This document shows, in pieces, positions 27,977 to 42,090 of a stretch of 64,000 nt of DNA. Origin of the DNA: Rhizophagus irregularis (taxonomy: Eukaryota); NCBI RefSeq assembly GCF_026210795.1, contig NC_089432.1, positions 4,526,001 to 4,590,000 on the forward strand, in the 5' to 3' direction. A program made the position numbers and the translations under genes. Below the pieces are notes generated by a model. It saw nothing but the letters and a program-made list of their open reading frames with translations. It did not search any database and was not told where the DNA came from. Position 1 is the first letter of the stretch; each line of letters opens with the position of its first letter.

Positions 27977-29969
27977 CTAGCTGTCATCCGTTGCTTCGCA
28001 CCGGGACCAATGAGTTTTTTTAAATAGAAAGATTTAGTATTATAATGTAATACTAAGTAATTAAAGAAGTTTTTTGTTTATAATAATTAGGAATTTAATA
28101 TTGTAATAATTACGTAACAAAAAGTATGTATTAAATTATATTTATAATATTAGAATGATATAAATAATAAATTATTTTTAGAATAATGTAGCTATTTATA
28201 TTAATGATTTGATGTTTGAGTGTAGAGTGAAATTCGGATTAATTAGGAATTGTGAAAAAATAATTATCAATAAAAATTGATTAATTTTTTAGAAGTATTT
28301 TTGAAAAAACTTTAATATTATGAAAATACTACAAATATTAATTAATTATTTCTTATTATTTTTAAACTTATAATCAACTTAGGAAAAATATTTGAACATT
28401 TAAATGTATTAGAAATCTGTTCATTTCATTTATTATCATTCTTTTGATACTCATTTTATTCGATAAATTATTAATTTAACTAAACCATTTGAATTAAAAT
28501 TTTTAATCAAAAATCTGGTGATTATTTAGAGAATTTTGGGTATGGATTTGGTTATAATAGTCTATTATTAAATCAACAATTTCTTCAATTTATTTAATTA
28601 TAAAATATAGCAAAAATATCAATTTTTTTTTGATTTTTATGAATTTGAAAATCAAACTATTTATCCAGCGTTCAATTTAATTGAAAATCTTAATCATCTT
28701 TCTACATGTTATTATTGATTTTTTTAGAAAAAATTAAAAGAAAAAAAAAATTAAAAATAAATTTGGGGGAAAGAAAAAGGATACGAAAAAAAAAATATTT
28801 TTAGTTTAGGAAAAAAAATTAAACCTAAACAGGAAAAGAATGAGAAAAAACAAATTTTCGGTTTGAAAAAAAAACTAAACCGAAAGAAGAAAGGAAGAAA
28901 AATTTTTTTTCAGTTTGAAGGTAAAATGAAATTGTATTAGTTAATGGATTGGAATGTACACGGATAAATAGATCAGGTGGAGGTATGTCACGGGTTTTAA
29001 TTATATGGCATGGATTTCAAATTACACAATTCAAATTATTATGCAGAGACTAATCCAAACGTCAGACAAATTTTTAAGTCATATAGTTTTTTAGTTATAT
29101 AGATTTATCAAAAAATTTATTGATTTAATTACAAAATATCTATATAATTGAAAACAATCTCACAAAAAAAATTCGTTAATATTAAAAAAATTTCACAAAT
29201 TTATTAGTCGGAAATAATATTGAAAAAATCAAACAAAAAAAGTTCTCACTAAATCGAAAAAAAAATCTCAATAATCAAAAAAAGTTCTCTAAAAAAAAAT
29301 TTTCACACGAATTTATTAGTTAGAAACAATATCATTGACTAAAAAAAATCTCACAAAAAGCCATAGGACATAGTTCTATAGTCTTGACCAAACCAAAAAA
29401 AAAGAATAGACTATTTTTTGGGTTAAAAAAAAATCCAAAATTTTGATAAATTCCGATTAAAAAAAAAATCCCCTGAAAAAAAATCCAATAAGAATAAAAA
29501 AATTTTGGTTAAGTTAACCAAAAGAAACAATAATGATAAAAAGAGGGATAAAAAAATTAATAAAAAAAAGACTAAAAAGGTAGTTTCGGTTTTTTGGTAT
29601 AAACTGAAAAAAATTATTATTATAGAAATGGTTCGTGGTAACTAAAATAGCGGAAATGACCACAAATAATTGCATATACTTTTTTTTGTTAGTATTAATC
29701 CATCAGAATAAAAAAAAAAAAATACAGTTAAAATTTTAATTAACTGTAAATGTATTAGTTTAAAGATTTGTTATCGTACTCAGTTAATTATGATATAATT
29801 ATGATATGATAATTACGAAATAGATCGAACGCACACTTTTCAATGTTACACAATTCAAATTATTTATACAGGGTAATCTAAATATGACAAAATTTTTTTA
29901 ATATAATTAACAATTCTAATTATTTATACAGGGTAATCTAAATATGACAAAATTTTTTTAATATAATTA
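27977..29969 (-). mobile_element. Composite non-autonomous Helitron-like insertion
   Basis: CTAG 3' end at 27977-27980, hairpin ccgttgcttcgcaccgg at 27988-28004, internal TC 5' end (minus-strand a|tctatata) at 29103, 60-bp tandem duplicate 29851-29970; absent from paralogous site ~22410-22425. Confidence 0.72.
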
Positions 29970-30043
29970 TTCCCAATACATCGTATTTTTATTACGAGTT
30001 ATTGGCAATTTGGCATATCTTGACGATTTTTTAGCACTATAAT

Positions 30044-30265
30044 AGGACCCCGAGCTATATATATAGAGGTAAGGTGCAGCCAAAAAAAAATTACTATTAG
30101 CTCTACGCATTTTTTCAGGGCCGGAATTATGATAATGCCAGTCAGCGTCTAAAAAAGGAAATAAAATCCGGCCGGAATTATCTATAAAAGGAAAGATCTA
30201 CATGATTATTTTGGTCAATTCTACGCAAACCCTTACCCTACCTTTTTATGTATAGCTCGGGTCCT
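30044..30265. mobile_element. MITE (~220 bp)
   Basis: TIR aggaccccgagctata / tatagctcgggtcct, TSD actataat (or ctataa if the element starts TAG); empty site gcactataatatc at ~22483. Confidence 0.85.
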
Positions 30266-32098
30266 ACTATAATATCATTACTCATTTTAAAATTTGAAAG
30301 AACATTCTTTAACCACAAATGTAGTAACGTCGTATTGGCTTATTATGTGACTCTTCTTTTAAATATGAGTTTATAAAAAAGGATATAGTGAAAAGAAAGG
30401 AAAATAAACATAATTGAAAATTTATCTAATTTGATTAAAATAAGATCGATTACCGACACATGTAACCGATCGCTCCCGCGTTATTCACTAACACGTGAAA
30501 GTGTTCGGAGACAAATAATGCGTGACAATTAAGATTCACCTACCCAAAAAAAAATTCGTCAATATCATAACAATGAAATTCGAAGGGGAGTGACGCATGA
30601 TAACTGTAAGTCACGAAAATGGTTGAAAAAGTTCACTTATTGTTTTACTAGTTTACTATATCAAAATTAACATATAATAGACAAATTTCTTTGGCAGATT
30701 AACCGAATAAAGCAAATTTTAATCTTAAAGTTTGTAAGTGTTCTTAAGAACCAGTCTATAATTGTTAAAATTAATGTTACATTGTGTTACATATAACTGA
30801 AATTTTCGATTTTGACAAAATTTAGGTCGACATTATGAATTTGAATTTCTTTTTTTTAAAAATAATTTAATATCAAATATTTCTTTAAACTAAATCATAG
30901 ATAAAATTTAATTTAGGAACATGATATGTCATAAAAGATATACTGTGTATGTAATAGTTATTTCACAAGCAACTGTGAATATCAATGGTACATAACTCTG
31001 TGAAATGACTTTATATCGTGGTTTCGTAATATAATAATATACTTATTTGACTAATAATGATAGAATTTATTCCAATATTGATAGACTATTTACCTATCTT
31101 TTTAAATAAATATCACCCGTGAGAATATCAAGAAAAAAAAATCAAGAATTTTAATTAGGAACCGTGGAATAAAAATAATTTATTTACTCCATCAATAATC
31201 TAAGTATAGTTGAAGTGTAAAAGATTTTAATGCCTAATTTTCATAATAGATTCTCTGAAACCTCCAGAATATTTTTTTGAATATTGCTAAAATGACTGTA
31301 TTCATAATACAGTACTAATAAAGTAATCCTTTGTACTAGTTTCATCAATACTCAAATTAATACACCCATCCGAACTGAATTACCTATGATTTTAGGTTTA
31401 GTATTATTGTCAATAACCTACTATAAAAACCAGTTGTAGCAGACATCATTCGAATGTAAACAGATTTTTTGCAAGAAACAATTTTTTGTTAAGATGTCTT
31501 ATGGTTTATTTATTTATAAAGAATGATGTCATTAAATTGTAATGATGCATGAACAGTATCAGAGTATTTATAATGTGATTTTAATATAACCTTATGTTAT
31601 ATTTTACGAAAGTTTCATTTCATTTCAATTTTACTGATTTTTATTTTATTTTTATTTTTTAACTAAAAATAGAATATTGTATAGCTTATTCAGATTTCAG
31701 ATATAGAAATTTTGCATGTACTTGTTACAACATCGCAAACAATACCACTTATAATAAAAGAAAACCAAAAAATATTGAATTATAATGCATGTTTTATAAA
31801 ATATTCATTATCCAAAGATTGTGGTTATTAACTTTAGTGATTATAATTTAGGTTAACATTAAAACTGTAGTCTTATTAGTCGATTATCAGATAATCAATT
31901 TATTCAGTAATTTATGATTAGCGAATAAAAATGCCCAACGATATTGTGTTCGCTGAATCATTGTTTCACAAGTAAATTTATGAATTTTTAATATATAAAA
32001 ATGATGAAATTTTATATATTTTAGAGTGTTTTTTTTTAACAAAAGTACTGCTGATTTACATTTTACAACTTAATAAATGAGAATTTATACTTTAGTTA

Positions 32099-34404
32099 TC
32101 ATGATTTATTTTTTCGAAGTAATTCTAATTTATTCTTTGCATTTTGATATCCTTGTTTGGCAGATTTTTTATACCAATAATTTGCTTTATCCTTATTTTT
32201 TATAATTCCTTTTCCAAATTCATACATAAGACCAAGATTATATTGTGCTAACATATCTCCCAAATTTGCTGATTTTTGATAAAACTCAAATGCTTTTTGC
32301 ATATTAATTTTAGTTCCAATACCATTTTCATAACAATATCCTAACATCATTATTCCATCTAAATATTCTCCCTCAGCTGATTGTTTAAACAATTCAAAAG
32401 CTTTATTTTCATCTTCTTTAACACCCATTCCATTTCTATAACAATTACCAAGATTATGCATAGCTATTATATTTCCATTATTTTTAGCTTTTTCATACCA
32501 ATAAAAAGCCTTTTTTAGACTTTTTTTAACGCCTATTCCATTTTCATAAAAATAACCAATTTGTGTTTGTCCACGCGAAAGACTTTTATTAGCTGACTTT
32601 TTATAATATTCAAAAGCTAATTTTTCATTTTTTGCAGTTCCATTACCATATTCATAACAATTCCCAACAAAATATTGTGCAAGTATATGATTTTTTTCTG
32701 ACGCATTAATAAATAAATTAAATGCTTTCTCATTATTTTTGCTAATTTCAATTCCCTTATAATCGAAATATCCAAGTAAAAAAATGGAATCTAAATTATT
32801 TTGATTTTGATTATTTAATAACCAATTATAAATTTCTTGCAAATTAATATTGTGATTATTAAAATAATCAATAACATTATCTTCTAATAACTGCCAGTCA
32901 ACTCCTTTATTTAATAATTTAAAAATTAAATCATTTACTTCATAAACTATACTATTAAAATCTATTTCAGTTGATAGTTTCTCTTGCTTATATGACTCTG
33001 CTATAGCATAAATTTCTTTTGTACTCATTTTATTAAAATAATTAATAAGTCGGGATAATTCTCCTTGGGATTCTGAATTATTAATACTTGAAGGGATCTT
33101 ATCAAATTCTTTATTGTTTGATAATTGAGGATTTTCTATTATTATATCGGTTTTTGTAACGATTACTTTTAACCAATCAACCACTTGAAATATAGTTGGA
33201 CGATTATTTGGCTCACCATCCCAACATTCTAAAAAGAAGACAAAATACAACTTAAGATTAACTAAAATAACTTCAAATATATAATTAAAATTAAAAATTT
33301 TTTACTTACTAGTATAAATTTTTATATATTCATCGGGTGTATCAGGAACAACTGTTTCTCTAAGACCTTGTGAAATTTCCAAAATTAAACTAACATCATA
33401 ATGTTCACCATCAGCATAAAAAGGAGGCTGTCCACTTGATAATTCCCATAATAATACTCCAATACTGTAAACATCACTTTTTTCGTTTAATGAATACATT
33501 TGGTTATTATTACTATTTCTTCTTCTGTTAAAACTTTTTGGATCAACATAAGGAACCATACCAAATAATTTGGATTGAAAATTGGATGATGCCCCAATTC
33601 TTTTTGATAACCCAAAATCTGCCAATTTGATCGTGTTTTGATGGACTAATATATTGCTTGAATGCTATTAAAAATGTAAAAATTAAATAAGTAAAGTAAA
33701 TATAACACTACAAACAATAAAAAATAATAATAAATAGATTACCAAGTCACGATGGACAACCCCCTCAACATGCAAGTATGATACAGCGCTGGATAACTGG
33801 TACGCCATAAGGTACTTATCATTCCAAGTAAGTTTACTAAAGTTATTCTTCAAATAGTTTCGAAGACTGCCACCGTCTGCATATTCCATTACCAGCATAT
33901 AATTAATAACGTTACCATGATGGTTTTCTGAAAATAAAAAAAAACATTAAAAATGTACTTTATGAGGAAATTAAAAATATCACATTTAAAATTATTATAA
34001 TACCTGGTTCAAGTTTTGTTATTCCATGACAACGTATAATATTATCATGAAGGTCAACTTTACGTTGAATTTTCAACTAAATAAATAAATTTAAATTTTT
34101 AAATATAATACGCTAATAAAATCAGAGAATAAAAAAAAATTATTATATATTAAGTTACCTCACGAACAATTTCTTTCACAGTGATGTTGTCAAGACTAAA
34201 AAAAGATTTTAATGCTAAATGTTTTTCTAAGTTTTTCCAATTTGCACGGTATACTATTCCAAAACTTCCAACACCAATTTGTTGAAAGTTACTAAATTGG
34301 TTGTATTCGTAAAATTTTAAGTGCTCTTTGACGATAGCTTCTTCAACCCAGTTAATCCATTCATTCGTATTTTCGGAGTTTTGCTTTTGCTTATTATCAG
34401 ACAT
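32099..34404 (-). CDS. B2: TKL-type protein kinase + Sel1-like repeats, 5 exons
   Basis: ORFs 34150..34404, 33683..33898, 33302..33625, 32099..33250; GVGSFG, HRDL|HSSN, DFG intact. Confidence 0.9.
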
Positions 34405-36126
34405 ATTGAATAATAATTGACAGAAAAGTTTTTAAAACAAAACGATTGAACGTTAAAGTTGCAAAAAATTTTATTTGTGTAACCAAGTAACGCCTTTTTA
34501 TGCAGATTATTCACCACAGTATCACCAAACAAAATTACAAAAAATGTCTATCATTAGCCGCAGTACCGCAGTAATGAAATAATATTAATATTGAAACAAG
34601 TTATATTTTTAACAAATGAATATATATATTTTCAGTTTTTATGAAAGTTGTTATATTAAACGTTATTCGGCACTTAATAAAATTTTACAACGTACAGTAT
34701 GTGAATTTTTCATTACACATCCCTTCTGAATGTTGAACCTACAAAAAAAGAATAAAAAGAACGTTAAAATTAAGTATACTGACGACAATCTCAAATTATT
34801 AATCATAAACGCCCTATTTGCTTATTAAAAGTAATATGGCAAAGGATCTAAGTCATGATCAAAAATATTCAATAAATTATATAACAATAAATTATAAAAT
34901 CAACATTATTTTTACTAACATGTTACTAGTACGATGGGCTTAGTTGGCTTTTTCTTTTTTTTTTGTTTTTATATAGTACTTTTTCACAATATAATATATA
35001 GAGTTTTTTTTTTTGCAAGTAACGCGCATTTTAGTAATTATAGTGATTTTACAGGTAAATTACAACTATCCATGAAAATAACACTACTATGAATTAATAG
35101 GTTGTTCTATCTACTAACCCGTCAAAAGACGGAAGTAGGCACCTACTAATTTGTTCTATCTATTTACTATCTATTTGCTAATCTAAACCGATGCTATGTC
35201 TACTTCGTCGATTGAGATACAAATGTTAAAAAGGAAAAATAAATTACATTTTTGAAAACTATAAAAAACAAAACTAAATCATATTCCAATCTATTTCGAT
35301 ACTAGTAAACTATAATTTATATGAATATTTAAATCCTATACCTGTTCCCAAAATTAAAATAAAATCCAATTTTACTTTTCCCAGAAAGGTTTGTTTTATT
35401 AAATGATATCGCTATCGTTATCCCTCGTTTTGTATAGGCGGATTTTTTCTCGGACGGTTTTACTTATACCGACGTTTGATAAATAGTTTTTCTGATAAAA
35501 TGTAATATCACGTGTTGTTTCGGATAAACATTGATCCGGGCAGTTCAAAGATCTTTCCATTTCGTGATTGTGTTGCCGCCGATTTTTTCGGTTTTGATTT
35601 TTTCTTTGTTTGAGTTGAAACATCCTAACTAATTTTGTTAAAGATTCTTTTCCAAATTAATAATAGTTTCCTCATTCATTTTTTTGGCACAATTTTATTC
35701 GTTCTTTTTCTATTACTTCAGTTTCCAAATGCATAATTTTTCTTTCAGCTCACATGATACCGAATCATCGTTGCTGCGGCGTTCGCTAGGAAGAAAATTT
35801 GTGAGAAACTTCGGAATAAGAAGGTGCCAACAAAATATGATTCTAAATTTCGTGTTATTCCTGCTTTGTGGTACATAAGCTTTGGGTCCCAGTATTTTGG
35901 CTTCTAGTTCTGTATAATCATCTACGTTAAATTATTTACATTAAAAACTTTTCTTTCAGACCTGTAAACTCATTATAGAGAAGTCGTATATCCTTTCCTT
36001 CATTAAAACCATGTCTGATGACATTTTTGTATATAGTTTTGTATATAGTTTTTATATAAAAAATTGTTTTTCTTCCGCTAAAAATTTTGTTCAGAAGATC
36101 GGCAGGAAAAGATTTTTTTTTATATC

Positions 36127-36473
36127 TAGAGTTCCAATCCGCGGATTAATTGATAGACACGTTTCGGCAATTACTATATACGTGTTTAATCAATCATAGA
36201 AATCCTTAGCCTATATCCCGATACACGATATAGTAAATTTAAAATTTCTTCAAATATAGAAAAAGAGATAAATTTAATTCGGATTGAAAATCCATCCGAC
36301 GCAATGAAAATTCAAATTAGATTTCCTCTTTTTTAATTTTAAGCAAACTTTCTAATTTTGTTATTACTCATATATATATTAAGATATAGTCTTAGTATAT
36401 CTCAAAAAAAATCTTTGCCATCATTATATATAATTTCCGAAATATATCCGTCAATCTACGAATTGGAACTCTA
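36127..36473. mobile_element. hAT-like MITE
   Basis: TIR tagagttccaatccgcggatt / aatctacgaattggaactcta; imperfect TSD tttatatc/ataatatc; lies in a ~35.0-36.5 kb block absent from paralogous ~57470-57500. Confidence 0.65.
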
Positions 36474-38768
36474 ATAATATCGCCTGTTTCCTTCACTATC
36501 TTGAACTTTTCTGATCTTCCTTTACAAATATAGAGTCATGCTGATGTGCTCATTTTTTAATATTCAAATGCAGTTATGCAGATTACCGACTTTCAATTTT
36601 ATATTAATTCAGTATTAAAAAAGAGTACTAGTACTTTGATCACCATTAAAATAACTATATAGGAATATTTACAAGAAATCCTTTTTAAAAAATTTCATTA
36701 TCAAAAATTTGAAATTTTCCATGCTACTTAGACTTTTGCAGAATAATATTGAAATATAGATTTTATAATTTAGTGGCTCTTTAATTTTTACGATAAATTC
36801 TTTTTAGCTATACTTTAGGATTATAAAAAAGGGTTCAACACTAGTGTTAATGCCATATCATTGCAAAAGAGCTGAAATCATTCGAAAGTAATTTATTTAC
36901 GAAAATGGTCAATTTATGCAGCAATCTTTATTTACTTAATTGTTAAGTTTGAACTTGTGGTTTCGTAGTAATGTTGCTCATTTCTAAAGACAAGTATGAT
37001 TACGTATATATTATGTGAATTCCAAAAAAGAAATATTTATTCTTTAATAGAAAAATTGCTTATTAGTGATCGAATATGCTAACAACGATGCCCTTCAAGT
37101 AAAATATTTAGGACTTTGCTTAAAATCACAAATAATTTAGCGTACAAGTTCGTTGGCTTTTACCCACACCTCTACATCCACACTCATGTACCCACACATA
37201 CCGCAACATCAAAACCTGTACACCAGTACCTCCACACTAAGAAAGCTTCCGTGAAATATTTAAAAATAATAGATGATGTAAAATGATTTCATTTTATAAA
37301 TGTTAATTTAAGGTGTAATATGTAAAACTTGTTGATTTGATGCAATTTTTAATTGCTGTAAACCTAGTAAGAAGAAAGTTTGTCTGAGAGGGTAGGATAG
37401 ACCTTTAACATTAAGTAAATTTAAAAGTTCATGATAAGGCAGGAAAAAAAGCTAAGTTATGAATCAGAAGGAACAATAATTATGATATTTAGCATTTAAT
37501 AAATTTTTGATCAATTTTAATCAACTGGAAAGTCTAAAAATTACGTACACGTGTTAAAAAAGCCTTTTTTCAGCCAAACAAATTTTACAAGAATTGAGAT
37601 GAAATAATAATATTTCTAATTCATAAAATTGCTAATACAACATTAAATTGTATTATGGTATATAATAAGTGGTTTAAATTTTAGTAAATAAATTAGTATA
37701 TAATTGACACCATAATAATTTTAAATGAAATAATATTAGGTTTACGATCATAAAATAAATTATGATAAATTTAAAAAATTACAAAATTAAACAGTAAAGG
37801 TGAATTAGTTGTTAAAAAAAACACCTCAGAATATAAAATTCAAGCATAAAACAAGAATAATGAAATTAATATACGGGCAAAGTGATATAATTTCATAATC
37901 AATATTGAGATTGAATGAAAATGTATATTACATAATAAGTAAAGCATTTGTATATAATCTTGATTTTTTATATGATATATAAAACAATTAGCAATAGAGT
38001 TAGTTAATCATAAAAATATAAGTAATTAGTAATTTCTAAGTGTTAAAAGGATGAATGAAAATAAAGAGATAAACGTAATAAATACGATCATTGATAGACG
38101 GTTTGAAATATAAAAACTAGTATCATGCGAAAAGTAATAAGACAGGAATTAGAAGAAAATAAAATAACAATATAAAAAAATATATAGATAACACAATGAT
38201 TTAAACGGGTAGCAATAGTAAAAATATGTAATCAAAAATGTATTATAAAATATAGTAAGATAAAACCATAATGAAATTTAGCATTGCACATAGGTCATAG
38301 AAGATATAGTTAAATTAATTATGATATTTCTCCAATTATATAATTTCTTATAAGTCAATATATAAAAAAATACGTCATTAATATGGGTGGCAAGTATAGA
38401 TAGGCCAGTTTAAAATTACTTTGAATAATTTTGTCAATATCTACTAAAATATTCATGTTAATAAATCATGTGATGACAAATTCAACAACTAACTGATCTG
38501 GGCTTATATATATTATTTCTCCATCTTCATTAAGTATGGATTATGGTTCTATTTTCTAAATAAGTTAACTTTCACTTTGTAACATATCATTACTGCGGCA
38601 CTGCGGCTAAAAAAATCAAGTGGTTGACAACTTTTTGTTTGTGGCACTGTACGACTATCGGGAATTAAATTGCATAAAAAAATGCTAAAAATAGTTTTTT
38701 TTTTTTACAACTTTGAACGTTCAAACTCATCGTTTAAACACTTTTCTGTCAAATTATTACTATTCAAT

Positions 38769-41064
38769 ATGTCTGATATCAAAATGCAAGATATCGAGAA
38801 TAAAAATGAATGGATTAATTGGATTGAAGAAGCCATTCACAAAGAACATATAAAATATTATGAATACAAGGAATTTAATAACTTTCAAGAAATTGGTACC
38901 GGAGGTTTTGGTAAAGTGTACCGTGCAAATTGGAAAAATTTAAATAAATGTTTTGCGGTAAAGTCTTTTTTTAGCCTTGACAATATCACCGTAGAAGAAA
39001 TTATTCGTGAGGTAATTTTTAAATAAAAATTTTTCTTTTTATCATTATAACATTGTTTATTAAAATTTATTTATTAAAATTTGAATTTATTTAGTTAAAA
39101 AATCAACGTGAAGTTGATTATCATGATAATATTATTTGTTGTCATGGAATAACGAAATTTGAGTCAGCAGGTATTATAATGATACTTTAATTAATATAAT
39201 ATACGTATTTTATTCATAAAAAATGCATTTTAATTAATTATTTCTTTTGTTCTTTAGAATATCATGTTAGTAATAATTATATGTTAGTAATGGAATATGC
39301 TAATAATGGCAGTCTTCGAAGTTATTTGGAAAAAAACTTTGGTAAACTTACATGGGATGATAAATATATTATGGCATACCAGTTAGCTTGCGCTGTGTCA
39401 TGCTTACATAATAAAGGGATTGTCCATCGTGACCTGGTAATTTATTTATTTTCTTCAATCATTGTCTATAATATAATATTTGCATTACTAAGTTTATATA
39501 TAACTTTTTAATAGCATTCTGGTAATATATTAGTTCATCAAAACACGATCAAATTGGCGGATTTTGGATTATCAAAAAGAATCGGAGCGTCATCAAATGT
39601 TCAATCCAAAATATTTGGAATGGTTCCTTATGTTGATCCAAAAATTTTTAATAGACGAAGAAATATTAATAATCAAACATCTCAAATTTACTCATTAAAT
39701 GAAAAAAGCGATGTTTACAGTGTTGGCGTATTGTTATGGGAAATATCCAATGGCCAACCTCCCTTTTATGTTGAAGGTGAACGATATGATGTTGGTTTAG
39801 CTTTGGAGATTTTACAAGGTCTTAGAGAAACAGTTGTTCCTGATACACCCGAAAATTATGTAGAAATTTATACTAGTAAGTAAATTTTAATTGTAATTAC
39901 TTAAATATTATTTTTCTAATCTTAAATTACATTTGTTATTTAGAGTGCTGGGATGGTGAACCAGATAATCGTCCAAATATATATCAAGTAGTTGATCGTT
40001 TAAAAGAGATGATTACAAAAACAGATGCAATAGCAAATATTCTTCAATCATTAGACAAACATGAATTTAGCAAGGCTTCTTTAAGTATTAATGGTTTAGA
40101 ATCACAAAGAGAATTATCTCAACTTATTCAAAATTTCAATAAAATTAATACAAAAGAAATTGATCCTATGATAGTTTTAAGTAAACAAGAAAATATTTCA
40201 GCTGAAGAAGATTTTAATAGAATAATTGATGAAATAAATGATTTTATTTATAATTTATCAAATAAAAGAATTGAATGGAAATTAATGAAAGGAAAAGTTA
40301 TTGAATATTTTAATAATTATAACACTTATTCAGAAGAAATATATAATTGGTTATCAAATAATCAAAATAGTCCAAATTCAATTTTTTTATTTGGATATTT
40401 TAATCAGTTTGGAATTGCAACAAGTGAGGATTATAAAAAATCTTTCAATTTATTTATTAATGCATCGGATCAAGATCATATATTAGCACAACATTTTGTT
40501 GCTGATTGTTACCTAAGTGGAACTGGAACTACAAAAAATAAAAAATTAGGTTTTGAATACTATGAAAAAGTAGCCAATAAAAATTTTGCACGTGGACAAT
40601 TAGAAATTGGTTATTGTTATGAAAATGGAATAGGTATTAACATAGATATAAAAAAGGCTATTTATTGGTATGAAAGAGCTGCAAATAATGGAAATATGAT
40701 GGCTATTCATAATCTTTTTGTTCGTTATTTAAGTGGAAATGGTGTTGAAAAAGATCATAACAAAGCATTCGAATTGTCTAAGCAATTAGCTGAAGGAGGA
40801 GATTTGGGTGGAATAACTCTGTTAGGAAATTGTTATTATATTGGTATTGGAACTAAAATTGATAAGCAAAAAGCATTTGAATTATATCAAAATGCTGCAA
40901 ATTTAGGACAAATGATAGCACAACATAATCTGGGTAAGATATATGAAAATGTAGGAGGAATTACAAAAGATATAAACAAAGCAATTTATTGGTATGAAAA
41001 AGCTGCCAAACAAGGACATAAACATTCACAAAATGTATTACTAGAAATACTTCAAAATAAATAA
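38769..41064 (+). CDS. B3: TKL-type protein kinase + Sel1-like repeats, 5 exons
   Basis: Start MSDIKMQ at 38769; [28 protein letters not shown]; last exon from ~39944; divergent from B2. Confidence 0.9.
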
Positions 41065-41599
41065 AATAAATAAATAATTCATTAAAATTCATTAAAAATA
41101 CGAAAAATTAATCATTATTATTTTATTAAATTACAGGATTTTAAACGTGATGATAATGCTTTAAAAACGTAAATAAAAAGTTTATTAAATTAGTACCTAT
41201 TACATAATCATTCTTACACATCATGATCTTTTTTACTTATTAATTTTTATAAATAAAAAATTTATATTTTGTATTTTTTTTTTAATTTTATATATTGTAT
41301 CAACCTTATTTAAATTAGTCATTAAAAGAAAACTGTTAATAAAAAAAAGTGTAATAATTTTTTTTCTTATAAAAAAAAAAATCACAATTAAAGTCATCCC
41401 ATTAACACAACATATATTAGTTATTCTGCAGCCGCCAATGAGCATCTTATAAATACAATAAACTATTGATCAAAAATATCAATAATAATTATGCAATGGT
41501 AGTTTATTTATACTAGCTTAATAAAAAAATATCAGCATGATGAAAAAAGCATGATCCTATTTGGCTGTAGAATAGCAGCAAATAAAATCCACGTTTATC

Positions 41600-42090
41600 A
41601 TTTTTTGATTTATAGCATCTTTGACTTTTTCTATAACTGTATTCAAGTTATTTACCCTATTTCTCGTTCCTTTTTTTCATATTCTTTGATTTTGTTGTGC
41701 CTCCCGCTACCAGATTTCGAAGTTTGGAATTTTGTTTTCCCATTAAGTAAAATATCCTCTTTATATATTTCAAAAGCTATACTCTCACTTAGTCTTAAAA
41801 GAAGTTCTATTGTTTCCGAGTTTAAAATGTTTTTCGACCAGTACCACCTTTCTTTAGGAAACCAACCGTTTATTGCTCTTAATAACTCTGGCTTCGATTT
41901 CTTATTATGTCATTAAAGTTTTTCGAAAGAATATCTTTAACCTTTTGAAAGGTATTACTACGGTTATAGCAAGGCTCCATTTTTTATACTTTTGCATTAA
42001 CTCTCTAACGCTATTATTGTCTGTCAAATGATAAATCATTGCTTCAAAGGTTACTAATTCCCATTGTCATATGGAGAGAAATCGAATACA
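41600..42090 (-). mobile_element. Possible decayed non-LTR retroelement fragment
   Basis: Broken frame with IRAINGWFPKERW...IKEYEKRN resembling the ORF2 C-terminus; a similar relic lies at ~43950-44450 (+). Confidence 0.3.

Larger units (their letters stand above)
22080..34400. repeat. Tandem segmental duplication: unit 1 ~22080-27670, unit 2 ~27670-34400
   Basis: Collinear promoter, spacer (22420-22800 vs 29968-30595; 23280-24610 vs 30870-31957) and B1/B2 genes including introns. Confidence 0.85.
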
